A stretch of DNA of 62,358 bases, filler included. It is 7 parts of 7 records of this genome, joined end to end, with 100 filler letters (N's around TTAATTAATTAA, not from the genome) between each part and the next. Parts side by side here need not be neighbours in the genome. Positions count along the whole stretch, not along the records: positions 5,033 to 13,158 come from SRR20825010_7; positions 13,259 to 26,470 come from SRR20825010_8; 5 more parts are not named here. One strand, given 5' to 3'. How positions within the stretch are numbered: the stretch's first letter is position 1; each line of letters begins with the position of its first letter. Below the pieces are notes generated by a model. That model saw only the letters and a list, made by a program, of their open reading frames with translations. It did no database searches and was not told the origin of the DNA. Positions 10,517 through 20,665 of the stretch are shown here, piece by piece. The position numbers and the translations under genes are program-made.

Positions 10517-10876
10517 ATTTTTAAGTTTTATTTTTCAGTAGTAATTAAACAGAATCACGAGTAAATAGATCCAAATATTACACCCGAAAAAGCATCTACA
10601 TGTTCAAATTAACATGAATTAACCGCTTTTGGGAGCTTTAAAATAATAAATCTAAAGATTACTCCATTTTCCAATTCCTCACTTCTTTAACAAAATGGAG
10701 GATCGGATGTTTTTCATGGACCAAAAATCAGCAGTTTATATAGAACGCATACCTAAGAACAGCGGATAGTTCTTCAATTTTTTAATCACTATAATCAGTC
10801 TAGCTTTGGTAAATCTGAAATACGCACTTGGAATGATTTTCTCTATAGTCTCTATAGTCAACACAACTATGTTTTT

Positions 10877-13158
10877 ATGAAGCACTTTTTTTTAACACTG
10901 GTATTTATTCTCCCCCTCTCCTTATTCTCGGAAGCCCAAGAGAAAGAAACCCCCATTAAAGCGATAGACACACTTTTTAATTTTGCCGATACAACTGACC
11001 TACCCGCTAAGAACACGAAATCAGCAGGCTCCGTACTGGCTCAAGTCATTAACAAAGCCCAGCATTATGCTTTCGATCTAAGTGAATTAAACCTTGAGCT
11101 CTCTGAGTCCTTGGACACGGTAGACATGTCTGATATGTTGCCACAAATCAATCTTTTAGCAAAGAGGATTAAAAATAGAACTGAAGCGGATTCAGAGTAC
11201 CTGAGCCATCGATACATCGTGGGAATGGAGAATTTGGTTTCGACCGCAGAAGACTTAAATAGATCATACCAAAAGAATATTCAAGAGCGGGTAGATAAGC
11301 TATCACAAGTAGGCAGCAAGCTAAATACCATTAAGTCTGACTCACTATTTGCCATGACTCTGCGTGACACCACTTTGATTCCTGCTATCAATAGTGAACT
11401 TAGAATGCTAAAAGCATCTCTTAAATCTGTGGATAGCATATACCTAGCTCAAGAGATTCTCGCAGCGAGATTTCAAGCAAGAGTTTCTGAAAACGCAGTA
11501 GTTTTCCTGTCATTGAAACAATACCTAAATCAAAATAAAAAGAGACTTGACAGGCAATATTGGACCAAAGAAATCAATTACCTCTGGGAACCAGCCAATT
11601 ACACAAAAGTAACTAATCTACCGACCGTCATCACCGAGTCAATGGAATTCAATACTCAGTTGATGTCAGCTTATGTAGACCGGGTTTGGTACATTTTCTT
11701 AATCTGTAGCAGTATCCTGATTCTAGTATATCTGAAAATTCGATCAACCATCGAAGAGATTGGCAATCAAAAAGATTTTGCATCTCTTATCCTTGACCGA
11801 GTCAAATATTTCAAAAGACATACTTTCTCTTCCAGTGTACTTATTTTGCTTCCCATCTTTTTGATCATTTTCACTAAGCCTCCCTTAGTGTTTATTTCAA
11901 TCCTGTCTTTTACCATGGTGATCGCGTCATGCTTTCTGGTCAAAGAACAGTTTGGGGAATACTTCAATAAAATCTGGTTCATCTTCATTATCCCCTATTT
12001 CCTACTGGCACTCAGTAGCCTTAACTGGAAAGTCGTCTATCAGGAAAGATGGTATATACTCCTATCCACTTTAATCTTCATAGGGATGGGAATACTCGTT
12101 TTGAAGTATGCTATTACACAAAAAAGTAAGCACGATTCTTTTTTGAAATACCTAGCCATATTCATGATTGCTATAGAAGGCTTTGCTTTTTTCGCAAACA
12201 TCACGGGCAGATTCAATCTCTCCAAAACCTACTCCGTCACTGGAGCGATCTTGTTCTATCGTGGTATAGGATTATATCTATTTGTCAATGTATTCCTTGA
12301 GGCTATTTATTTATTCATTGAAAATAGTAAAAAGGAAAGCGACGGGTTTACTTCCTATTTTGATTTTCAGGACTTGCAGAAGCGTATGAAAGGCCTATTG
12401 TACGTATTCGCTAGTACAACTTGGGCATATGGGGTTATTTGGCATCTTGGGTATTTTGACGACTTCTATAAGTGGATTTCAGAATTCCTTCTTCAAGACC
12501 GTACACTGGGAGAAACTGTGTTCCAATTTGGAAGCATACTTCTCTTCGTTACCATCCTCTACGTATCCACTTTCTTGGCCAACAACATTGCTTATTTCGC
12601 GTCTGTAAAAGACCAGAAAAATGCTTCTTCCAGAAAGCAGCGACTTGGAAGCTCAGTTCTCTTAATTCGTCTTGCCGTATTATTTGTGGGTTTTCTGCTT
12701 GGTATGACTGCTTCCAAAATTCCTTTTGACAAAATCGCGATCGTATTAGGAGCATTGTCAGTAGGTATAGGTTTTGGTTTACAAACCATCATCAATAACC
12801 TAGTCTCCGGGATTATTCTGGCCTTTGAGCGACCTATACAAATCGGAGACGAGATACAGGTAGGAACTACCAGTGGCACCGTTAAAGAGGTCGGCATTCG
12901 AGCTAGTAAAATACAAGGATATGATGGTTCGGAGATCGTCATGCCAAATGGAGACTTACTATCTCAAAGCCTGATCAACTGGACGCTTTCTGACAAGAAG
13001 CGTAGAATAGAATTAATTATTGGAGTTGGATATGGTTCGGACATGACCCTTGTGAAATCTGTCCTGGAAGAAGTTCTGACTAATGAAAGAATCTTAAAAA
13101 CCCCAAATCCGCATGTCTATATGCAGACGTTCAACGACAGCTCCGTTGATTTCCGTGT
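10877..13158 (+). CDS. Large MscS/MscK-type mechanosensitive channel (3'-truncated)
   Basis: Signal peptide, helical periplasmic region, many TM segments, and GALSVGIGFGLQTIINNLVSGIILAFERPIQIGD. Confidence 0.9.
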
Positions 13159-13258
13159 NNNNNNNNNNNNNNNNNNNNNNNNNNNNNNNNNNNNNNNNNN
13201 NNTTAATTAATTAANNNNNNNNNNNNNNNNNNNNNNNNNNNNNNNNNNNNNNNNNNNN
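13159..13258. other. Artificial contig-joining spacer
   Basis: N44-TTAATTAATTAA-N44. Confidence 0.99.
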
Positions 13259-13288
13259 AGCCCCAACTTAGCTAAGTTGGGGCTTTTT
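13259..13288. terminator. Terminator hairpin downstream of the PiT gene
   Basis: Perfect stem AGCCCCAACTT-AGCT-AAGTTGGGGCT. One flank is cut off by the contig start. Confidence 0.7.
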
Positions 13289-13311
13289 GTTTTAGGTTGC
13301 GTTCCTTTTTT

Positions 13312-15555
13312 TTATGATTTGTTATAACTGGTGTAATACTCTTCCATCAAATTCATTAGTGCGGTGATAAGATCTTTGGTTTCCAGAAGCATACTAAAAT
13401 ACAACGTTGTATTCTTTGGGCTGGATTCCTCAGTTCGCGTACGGGCTATTTGTTTTTCAATTTTGTTGGAAAGACTTGCAAAAACTTCTTCTTTCTTATC
13501 GAGTACATTCTTGATGCGTTCAAATTCCTTTTTATGGAAAATATCATCTATATCATTTAAAAGCGCTTCCAGATACAAATCAATTTCTTGCAGATCTTTT
13601 ATTTGGTTAAAACGAAGTGCTTTATGGTTGTTGTTAACGTGCTTGTAACTTGCTTTCGAAATAAATTCTAACGACTGCACCACATCCGTTAAATAACCTA
13701 GAATTACGATATAGAAATTACTTCCGCTTACGCTTGTCTCGTCTAGGTTTTTGATGAAATAGAAGATATTGTCACGTAATTCTTCAACCTCATCATTCAA
13801 TTTTTTGACACCTTTTTTACTTTTCTTCAGTTTTTTAACGTCCTGTTTTGCAAGACCGCGAAGCATATCGGTGTATATTTTATTTGAACGAGAAACCACA
13901 TTGCTAATGTTTTCGGCACTTTCTTGAATAATTCCCTGTACCGTTTTGCTTTCGGTTTTCTTTAGTCCGCTTTTTTCTAACTTTAGCTTCACTTTATTTT
14001 TATGTGAAAGGTAATTACGAACTAAAAGTAAAATCGCTAACAATAAAAGGACAGCGATCATTGCGCCTTTTCCTATAAAGATTAAATAGGTTAAAGTTCC
14101 TGCTGCGGTAAAAGCTACAAATGCGGTAAAGAACCAGCCGCCAATTACGTTCAGCACACCAGCAACGCGGTATACTGCGCTTTCACGTCCCCAAGCTCTA
14201 TCTGCCAATGATGTACCCATTGCCACCATAAATGTTACGTAGGTGGTTGATAATGGAAGCTTCATGGATGTAGCGGTAGCAATCAAAACTCCAGCAACAA
14301 CAAGGTTTATGGAAGCGCGGATCATATCAAAAGCTGGTACTTCATAGCTTTTGTGTTTTGGCAACTCTATAACCGGCTTTTCAAAACGCTTGTCTATTTT
14401 TTGTTGCAGTGATTGTGGAACAATAAATTCTAGATACGTAGCAATTTGTGTTGAGCCCCTCACTAAAAATCTTGAAAGCATGTTTGGATTAAACTTTTCA
14501 TGGCCATCTCCTTGACGTGCCAAATCTATCTCTGTATCTGAAACGGTTCTTGCTTTTTTAGAAAACCATAAGGTTAGTACCATAACGCCACCTGCTATAA
14601 AGAGCAGTAAAGGTTCTGCGGGAACTTGTTTAGCCAAGCTGCTCATTCGAAACTCAGATGCCACTACTCCAGAGGCAGACCAATCTAAAAAGCTATGATA
14701 TGCGGCCATTGGCACTCCTATAAAGTTCACCAAATCGTTTCCGGCAAAAGCCAAGGCAAGGCTAAAAGTACCTACGGCAATAACAATGATAAGGATGTTC
14801 TTTTTGAAAATTACCATAAACAGCTGCGAAAAAACGGTCCAAAAAATTAGACTTCCTCCAATCATTACTAGAGAATAGCTTTCCATAATGCTGCTAAATT
14901 CTCCGTAAAAAGGTGTGCTTTTAAGCCCTTTCATAAAGATGAAATAACTTATAGCTGTAAGGGCGATCCCGCCAAAAATAGCGCCGAAGTATTTCATTTT
15001 CTTTTCAGACTGAAAAGTAAAAATAAGCCTGGAAAGGTATTGGACGACGGCACCAATCGTAAAGGCAATAATAACCGATGCAACAATACCTATTATAATT
15101 TCAACAGCTTTGTCTGTATTAATATATTTTGAAAGTGCCGAAAAAGTTTCGGCATCATTATGTCCTATTTTTATAAGTGCCATTATTACTGCTGCCCCCA
15201 AAAGTTCAAATACGATCGAAACCGTTGTAGAGGTTGGTAGGCCGATAGTATTAAAAAAATCGAGAAGTAAGATGTCTGTAATCATTACTGCCATGAAAAT
15301 AATCATGATTTCATCGAAATAAAATTCGCCAGGAACAAATATTCCCTTTCGGGCTACTTCCATCATTCCACTTGAAAAAACGGCTCCAATGAAAATCCCT
15401 AAGCTGGCAATTATAAGGATGGTTTTAAATGAAATTGCCTTAGAGCCAATTGCTGAATTAAGAAAATTTACAGCATCGTTACTTACTCCAACCACCAAAT
15501 CTGCAATGGCTAAAGCTGCAAGGGCAACGATCATTAATAAATAAATATTATCCAT
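13312..15555 (-). CDS. PiT/PHO4-family inorganic phosphate transporter with a C-terminal PhoU-like helical domain
   Basis: GVSNDAVN, PTSTT, GNDLVN and PLSTTY PiT signature repeats, then a soluble helical C-terminus. Confidence 0.88.
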   Translation of the reverse strand: MDNIYLLMIVALAALAIADLVVGVSNDAVNFLNSAIGSKAISFKTILIIASLGIFIGAVFSSGMMEVARKGIFVPGEFYFDEIMIIFMAVMITDILLLDFFNTIGLPTSTTVSIVFELLGAAVIMALIKIGHNDAETFSALSKYINTDKAVEIIIGIVASVIIAFTIGAVVQYLSRLIFTFQSEKKMKYFGAIFGGIALTAISYFIFMKGLKSTPFYGEFSSIMESYSLVMIGGSLIFWTVFSQLFMVIFKKNILIIVIAVGTFSLALAFAGNDLVNFIGVPMAAYHSFLDWSASGVVASEFRMSSLAKQVPAEPLLLFIAGGVMVLTLWFSKKARTVSDTEIDLARQGDGHEKFNPNMLSRFLVRGSTQIATYLEFIVPQSLQQKIDKRFEKPVIELPKHKSYEVPAFDMIRASINLVVAGVLIATATSMKLPLSTTYVTFMVAMGTSLADRAWGRESAVYRVAGVLNVIGGWFFTAFVAFTAAGTLTYLIFIGKGAMIAVLLLLAILLLVRNYLSHKNKVKLKLEKSGLKKTESKTVQGIIQESAENISNVVSRSNKIYTDMLRGLAKQDVKKLKKSKKGVKKLNDEVEELRDNIFYFIKNLDETSVSGSNFYIVILGYLTDVVQSLEFISKASYKHVNNNHKALRFNQIKDLQEIDLYLEALLNDIDDIFHKKEFERIKNVLDKKEEVFASLSNKIEKQIARTRTEESSPKNTTLYFSMLLETKDLITALMNLMEEYYTSYNKS

Positions 15556-15577
15556 TTTTTGTCTTATTAAACTGGTG

Positions 15578-15631
15578 CAAATTTCCCATATAAATTAGGA
15601 ATGATTGTTACCAAATTGTTAACTGTAATTA
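15578..15631 (-). promoter_or_regulatory. PiT promoter: degenerate -7 element plus 11-bp-period direct repeat (Pho-box-like)
   Basis: Minus strand TAACAAT-ttgg-TAACAAT (plus GTTA at 15607 and 15618). GAAATTTG element at 15578-15585. Confidence 0.65.
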
Positions 15632-15633
15632 CA

Positions 15634-16833
15634 CTAAAAATGCAGGTCGAAACCTATTCTAAACTCAATAGAATCACTTTCGCCACCCTGTGTTGAGTAT
15701 GATACATCTGTTTGTACTTTTAATTTATGGCCCACAATATATTTAGAGCCTCCCAGTGTAAATTGAGTAAGCGTATCGTTGGCCAAAAAATTGGTGTCGG
15801 GCAAGATACTGCTATATCTTGCTGCGATCTCCCAATTGGATCTAAACATATATCCTCCTTGAAAATTGAAACCCTGGCCTGTATACACCTCTTCTCCGGT
15901 AGAAGATCCATCACTATTTTTAGCAAGCGGATCTGCGGCATCGCGATAGCTATATTCGCCCATAACCGAAAAGCCATTATACTTAAACATCGCATCTACA
16001 AAAACAGTACTTATATTGGTTTCATGAAAACCTGTATCATTTTTCATGTAAGTGCCCATATTACTTCGGGTTTTTACAGCGTCTTGATTTAGGTCGAAGG
16101 TTGCGCCAATTGCCAGTTTAGGTTTTTTTTCACGATACACATCACCTCCAATATAATCGCCTTTTTTTGTAAATTCACCAAAAGGCAAAATTTCCACACG
16201 GCTTGTATATTGATTGCCGCCAAGGTTTCCTGTAATTACGTTTCTGCCTTCCCCTTGCGAAAAAGCCAGCATTTCACGGACCACTATTTTTTCTGAAATA
16301 GTAAAAAAATGGTGAAGCTGAAACCCTAGATCTCTATCTATATTAAAGTTTCTGTTGAGAATGGAGCGATCTATTAACTGAAGATTCCCTGAAGAAATGA
16401 CGCGTTCCCTGTTGCCGGGCAATTTTGTCTGGCCTGCCCAAAGCTCAAGGTTTTTATAGAATTCCCACATCACGACAGCATCATAAATTATTCTTGGAGC
16501 ATTTCCGGTAAACTCTGAAGCACCGTCAATATCTTGATTAGAAAGGCCAAGTTCAATTTTATACCGAAGCTTTGGGGAATATGCAAAGCCATTAAACTTA
16601 AGGCGTGCCCGCCGTATTAAAAAACTTTGTTCAGGTTTCCCAAATTTATCATTTTCATAGCCCCAATTTGAAAGGGCTCTAAACTGAATTCGTGGTGCAA
16701 ATTTTACACTCCAGGTGCTATCCTTGCCCACCACCTTGAGCATTCCTTCACCAAATTTTGGTGTAATGTCCTGAGAATGGGCAACGGTAATGCATAAAAA
16801 TGTAATACCTATAAGAAAATACTTAAAGGGCAT
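15634..16833 (-). CDS. Phosphate-selective porin (OprO/OprP-like)
   Basis: FLIRRARLKFNG, GQTKLPGNRERVISSG and a terminal aromatic F. The start is moved to ATG 16833 (MPFKY) because the GTG at 16860 abuts the promoter element. Confidence 0.8.
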   Translation of the reverse strand: MPFKYFLIGITFLCITVAHSQDITPKFGEGMLKVVGKDSTWSVKFAPRIQFRALSNWGYENDKFGKPEQSFLIRRARLKFNGFAYSPKLRYKIELGLSNQDIDGASEFTGNAPRIIYDAVVMWEFYKNLELWAGQTKLPGNRERVISSGNLQLIDRSILNRNFNIDRDLGFQLHHFFTISEKIVVREMLAFSQGEGRNVITGNLGGNQYTSRVEILPFGEFTKKGDYIGGDVYREKKPKLAIGATFDLNQDAVKTRSNMGTYMKNDTGFHETNISTVFVDAMFKYNGFSVMGEYSYRDAADPLAKNSDGSSTGEEVYTGQGFNFQGGYMFRSNWEIAARYSSILPDTNFLANDTLTQFTLGGSKYIVGHKLKVQTDVSYSTQGGESDSIEFRIGFDLHF

Positions 16834-16862
16834 TGGTAAATCGGTTTTAGTTTTTGTCACTG

Positions 16863-16906
16863 CAAAGGACTATTTTTAACATCAGCCCAATGTTATTTTA
16901 ATGTTA
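16863..16906 (-). promoter_or_regulatory. Porin promoter: degenerate -7 element plus Pho-box-like repeat
   Basis: Plus AATGTTA-tttt-AATGTTA (GTTA at 16892 and 16903). GTCCTTTG element at 16863-16870. Confidence 0.65.
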
Positions 16907-16936
16907 AGTTACAATAAATACTTTAGCTATAAAAAT

Positions 16937-17025
16937 AAAAAAAGGGCCGCTCAGATAAGAACAGCCCAGTTTAAAATCTAGTCGACAAAAACTAAACGAT
17001 TTTAAATTTCGCCTTTTTATAAGGC
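16937..17025 (-). ncRNA. Candidate ~90-nt small RNA with three hairpins and an intrinsic terminator
   Basis: TTTCTTTG element at 17031-17038. Hairpins GCCTT/AAGGC and TTTAAAATC..TAGT/ACTA-GATTTTAAA. Terminator GGGCTGTTC/GAGCGGCCC plus U7, whose G-U pairs work only on the minus strand. No ATG inside. Confidence 0.65.
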
Positions 17026-17146
17026 AGTTACAAAGAAAATAAACGTATGTGTTGTTAGGGTAAAATCTGCTTTATTAAATCATTAAATTATCTTTTTGGC
17101 TAAATAATTTAAATTTAAATATCTGTAAACCAATAAAATATAACTT

Positions 17147-17201
17147 TAATGTTATCATAATGTTACGAAATAGTTTCGTGAAAGTTAATTTTGTAACTTT
17201 G
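17147..17201. promoter_or_regulatory. 11-bp-period repeat TAATGTTA-tca-TAATGTTA next to the plus-strand promoter elements of the 120-aa gene
   Basis: GTTA at 17151 and 17162. TAATTTTG at 17186 and TAACTTTG at 17194. Confidence 0.55.
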
Positions 17202-17302
17202 AATATTCCAAAAAACAAATTCATATAAAATGCCCTTAAAAAATTATTAATAACAGAAGATGTGGAATTAGGGCGTTTCGTCTTCAAAAAAATACTATAA
17301 AA

Positions 17303-17665
17303 ATGAAAAATATAATCACAATTTTAGCTGTTGTTTTGATTTCCAGTGTTGCATTGGCTCAAAACAATTCAAAGAACACCTATTTCTTAGAGGGAGATGT
17401 AATTGAAGCTACCATTTATCATGAAAACGGTATGGTTGCTCAAACAGGGTATTATACTCAAGATAATAAATTAACTGGCGAATGGGCTAGTTTTGACGAA
17501 AATGGAAACAAGACTGCCGTTGCACATTATAATAATGGCGAAAAAGTAGGTACTTGGTACTTTTTCACAGGTAATAGTATTCAGGAAGTATCTTATATGG
17601 ATGCAAGAATTTCTAAAGTTAAAACCTGGAAGCCAAATAATACACAATTATTAGTTTCTAATTAA
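17303..17665 (+). CDS. Small secreted MORN-variant/YwqK-like repeat protein
   Basis: Signal peptide (ALA-Q) and repeats YHENG..AQTGYY, GEWASFDENG, GEKVGTWYFF. Confidence 0.75.
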   Translation: MKNIITILAVVLISSVALAQNNSKNTYFLEGDVIEATIYHENGMVAQTGYYTQDNKLTGEWASFDENGNKTAVAHYNNGEKVGTWYFFTGNSIQEVSYMDARISKVKTWKPNNTQLLVSN

Positions 17666-17681
17666 AATATATTTAAATAAG

Positions 17682-17719
17682 AAAGAGCCAGGCTATAAAG
17701 TATAGTCTGGCTCTTTTTT
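17682..17719. terminator. Bidirectional terminator
   Basis: AAAGAGCCAGGCTATA-AAG-TATAGTCTGGCTCTTTTTT between convergent genes. Confidence 0.85.
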
Positions 17720-17738
17720 ATTGTGACACTGTTTTATA

Positions 17739-20570
17739 CTAGAATTTTAAGCTATACCCTAAACTTATTTCTTGTCCGGGATGCCATTTAGAGTATATTT
17801 GATCCTCTGCACCAAATGATTGATACACACTTTCTATGTTATCATTAAATAGGTTATCAAATTTCAATGAAATTGTTGAGTTTTTATTTTCTCCAAAACT
17901 CTTAGCAATATTCAGTTTTATATTGTGAAAAGGTAACGTGTAAACATCTGCAACATCACCAGAACCTACAATTTGTAATGTTTTGCCTTGTGTATTGTAA
18001 AAAAGCCCAGCTTGGAGTCCAGATGTTTCTTCTTTATAGTTAAATCCTAGGTTTATAAGATATGGGCTTTGCCCTTGTAGTTGTCTTGTATCATCAAGAA
18101 TTTCCCCTTCCCGTAAATTGTCTAATCTACCTTCTCTTTCATCATCACTATATTCTTGTTGAGATTCTATTAGTGAAAAGTTAAGGTTAAAATCAATATC
18201 CTCTAATCCATTAATAAACCCTAAATTTTTTCTTATTTCAAGCTCGCCTCCAAATACTGTAGCATCTCCTAGGTTTAGTGGTGTGTATTGTCCGTATGCT
18301 CTTCTAATGAATGACAATTCAATAGGATCGTCAAACGATTTGTAAAATCCACTTAAAGCAAAGAAATCTCCAGCTTCTCCATATATTTCATATCTAATGT
18401 CGAAATTATCAACATACGTGGGCTGAAGATCTATATTTCCAATAAAGGTAGTGCTGCTTATTGGATCGAATATTTCTGCTAGTGAAGCCTCTTTAAAAGA
18501 AGGTCTTGCTGTTGTTCGTGAATATGAAGTTCGTATTTTTTTGTTTTTATCTTCATTTAAATCAAAAATAAGATTTGCTGAAGGAAAAAAGTCTGATTTC
18601 TCCAAGACTTTTGCGCCGTTCAATTCTGTACCATCCTGTCTTTCTCCTGTGTATATTAGATCAAATTTCTCAAATCTTACACCCAGGGCTGCATTTACCC
18701 AATTGGTAACTTTAAATTCTTCGGCTATATATGCTGCTCCTACGTGTATTTCAGAATTAAAAGAATCAGAATCGTTAGAGTCTTGTCTAATGTAGATCCC
18801 ACTATTTGTAGCTGGATTATAAATATTTGCATCAGTTAATAATTGATCGGGATCGCCACCAAGTACTGCTGATGAAAAATTAAGAAACGGCAATGAGTAT
18901 TTAATTACACCAAAATCTCTTTCTTTATAGGTGTATGCGCCGCCAATTTTAGCTTTAGCTTCAAAACCAAATAGATTGTGTTCTTTTTCAAGACCTACTT
19001 TTCCTGCGAGATTTAATTCCTCTAGCGATCTAAAGAAACGTGATGCATCACCAGATTCACTAGGTTCTATAGTATATACTTCTTCTCCTGTTGTTGGATT
19101 GATAGAAACTCTAAAAGGTGTTGAGCGAAAATCTTTATCATCAACACGCGCTAAAGAAGGCGAAAGGTTCCATTCCAGTTTCCAGTCGTTTTCACTTCCA
19201 AAAGAATGGGTTCCTTTTAATAAGGCATTTGTAATAGACTTTTGAACATATGTAAGGTTGTCCTTTTTTATGTTGTTACTACTTACAATAAAGTTTTCAA
19301 TATTAAAAATCCCAGCCTCAGATTCTCCGTTTTGGATATGAAGTACATTGAATTGATATTTTGATTTTTCAGTTTTAAAGGTTAATCCAGCCATCGCACT
19401 AACTAAAACGGAATTAGTTCCTAATTCACCATTTTGAGTACGATCTGCTAAAAGATTAAAATTTGATCGATCGGCTTCATCTTTTCTATATAACTGACCA
19501 TCGATATATTCTTCGTAATATTTTGTTTCATTTCTATAAGAGAGTGATGCTAAATAACCCAATTTATTTTCGCCTATTTCAAATTGATCCCCTGCCGTGA
19601 GGGCAAAATTGTAATTCATAAAGCTTTGCTCGCGTTCTGCTGCCATTTTAGGGTTAAAACGTTGGGTAAGTGTACGTACTTCTGCTCCGTCTTGTTGTGG
19701 TAGCGGAACCGTTTGGTTTTGAGAGAGAGGATTGTCTCTTAAACCATTGTCAAAGCCTAAAAAGTCGGTATTACTCTTATCACCTGTTAAATAATTTTTA
19801 TTGAAATGAAATTCTGAATTGTATCCCAAGCCCACAGATAGGCTATATTCAGCTCTACTTGGAATGTCTTTGGTAACAATATTTATAACCCCTCCTGTAA
19901 AATCTGCAGGCTGATCTGCAGTTGCAGATTTTGAAATTAATACATTTTCGAGAATTTGAGAAGGAAAAATATCTAGTTGTAACGTATTTCTATCTGGATC
20001 TAAACCTGGTACTTCCATGCCATTAAGGATAGATTTAGTGTAACGGTCTCCCAATCCCCGAACATATACATATTTTCCACCTTGCACAGAAACTCCTGGA
20101 ACATTTTGTACGGCTGCAGCTACATCGCTTGCCCCCGTTTTTTTTATGCTCTCTAAAGATAAACCATCCATTAAGGTTACCGAATTTTTTTGAAGATTAA
20201 GCACAGACGCTTCAGTGTTTCTGCGTGCTGTTGTGGTAACAACTACTTCATCTAATTGTCCAGCAGAAGCATTGAGGGTTACATCTAAATTTGTTGTTTG
20301 ATCGCCATTTACTATTACTTCAGAAATTTCTTTTGTTTGATACCCTACAAATGAAAAAATAAGGGTGTAGGTGCCTGCATCTAGTTTTAAATTGAATTTT
20401 CCATCAAAATCTGATGTAGTTCCGGTTTGTGTTCCTTTTACAACAATACTCGCAAAAGGCAAAACATCATTGTATTCGCCATCGTTAACGGTACCCGAAA
20501 CAACGCCTGACTGAGAAAATGTACATTGTACTATAAACATTGCGACAAGCAAAGGGAAAATATTTTTCAT
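17739..20570 (-). CDS. TonB-dependent receptor with an N-terminal carboxypeptidase-regulatory-like domain
   Basis: GTTSDFDGKF/SFVGY N-domain, LDEVVV TonB box region, plug YVYVRGLGDRY...GGVINIVTK, and terminal SLKF. Confidence 0.92.
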   Translation of the reverse strand: MKNIFPLLVAMFIVQCTFSQSGVVSGTVNDGEYNDVLPFASIVVKGTQTGTTSDFDGKFNLKLDAGTYTLIFSFVGYQTKEISEVIVNGDQTTNLDVTLNASAGQLDEVVVTTTARRNTEASVLNLQKNSVTLMDGLSLESIKKTGASDVAAAVQNVPGVSVQGGKYVYVRGLGDRYTKSILNGMEVPGLDPDRNTLQLDIFPSQILENVLISKSATADQPADFTGGVINIVTKDIPSRAEYSLSVGLGYNSEFHFNKNYLTGDKSNTDFLGFDNGLRDNPLSQNQTVPLPQQDGAEVRTLTQRFNPKMAAEREQSFMNYNFALTAGDQFEIGENKLGYLASLSYRNETKYYEEYIDGQLYRKDEADRSNFNLLADRTQNGELGTNSVLVSAMAGLTFKTEKSKYQFNVLHIQNGESEAGIFNIENFIVSSNNIKKDNLTYVQKSITNALLKGTHSFGSENDWKLEWNLSPSLARVDDKDFRSTPFRVSINPTTGEEVYTIEPSESGDASRFFRSLEELNLAGKVGLEKEHNLFGFEAKAKIGGAYTYKERDFGVIKYSLPFLNFSSAVLGGDPDQLLTDANIYNPATNSGIYIRQDSNDSDSFNSEIHVGAAYIAEEFKVTNWVNAALGVRFEKFDLIYTGERQDGTELNGAKVLEKSDFFPSANLIFDLNEDKNKKIRTSYSRTTARPSFKEASLAEIFDPISSTTFIGNIDLQPTYVDNFDIRYEIYGEAGDFFALSGFYKSFDDPIELSFIRRAYGQYTPLNLGDATVFGGELEIRKNLGFINGLEDIDFNLNFSLIESQQEYSDDEREGRLDNLREGEILDDTRQLQGQSPYLINLGFNYKEETSGLQAGLFYNTQGKTLQIVGSGDVADVYTLPFHNIKLNIAKSFGENKNSTISLKFDNLFNDNIESVYQSFGAEDQIYSKWHPGQEISLGYSLKF

Positions 20571-20588
20571 ACATTTATTTTTATAAAA

Positions 20589-20621
20589 TTTGCCCGTCCT
20601 TAAAAATTAAAGACGAGCAAA
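20589..20621 (-). other. Intercistronic stem-loop between the lipoprotein and TBDT genes
   Basis: Minus strand TTTGCTCGTCTTTAA-TTT-TTAAGGACGGGCAAA, with two G-U pairs valid only on the minus strand. Confidence 0.7.
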
Positions 20622-20665
20622 CTGCTAATTAATTAAAACGAAAAGTTTAATTTGAATACTATTAT

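Noticed and set aside
17075-17287. 70-aa minus-strand ORF
   Set aside because: It has a TTG start, low-complexity AT-rich sequence, and overlaps promoter elements and repeat boxes. It is better explained as regulatory DNA.
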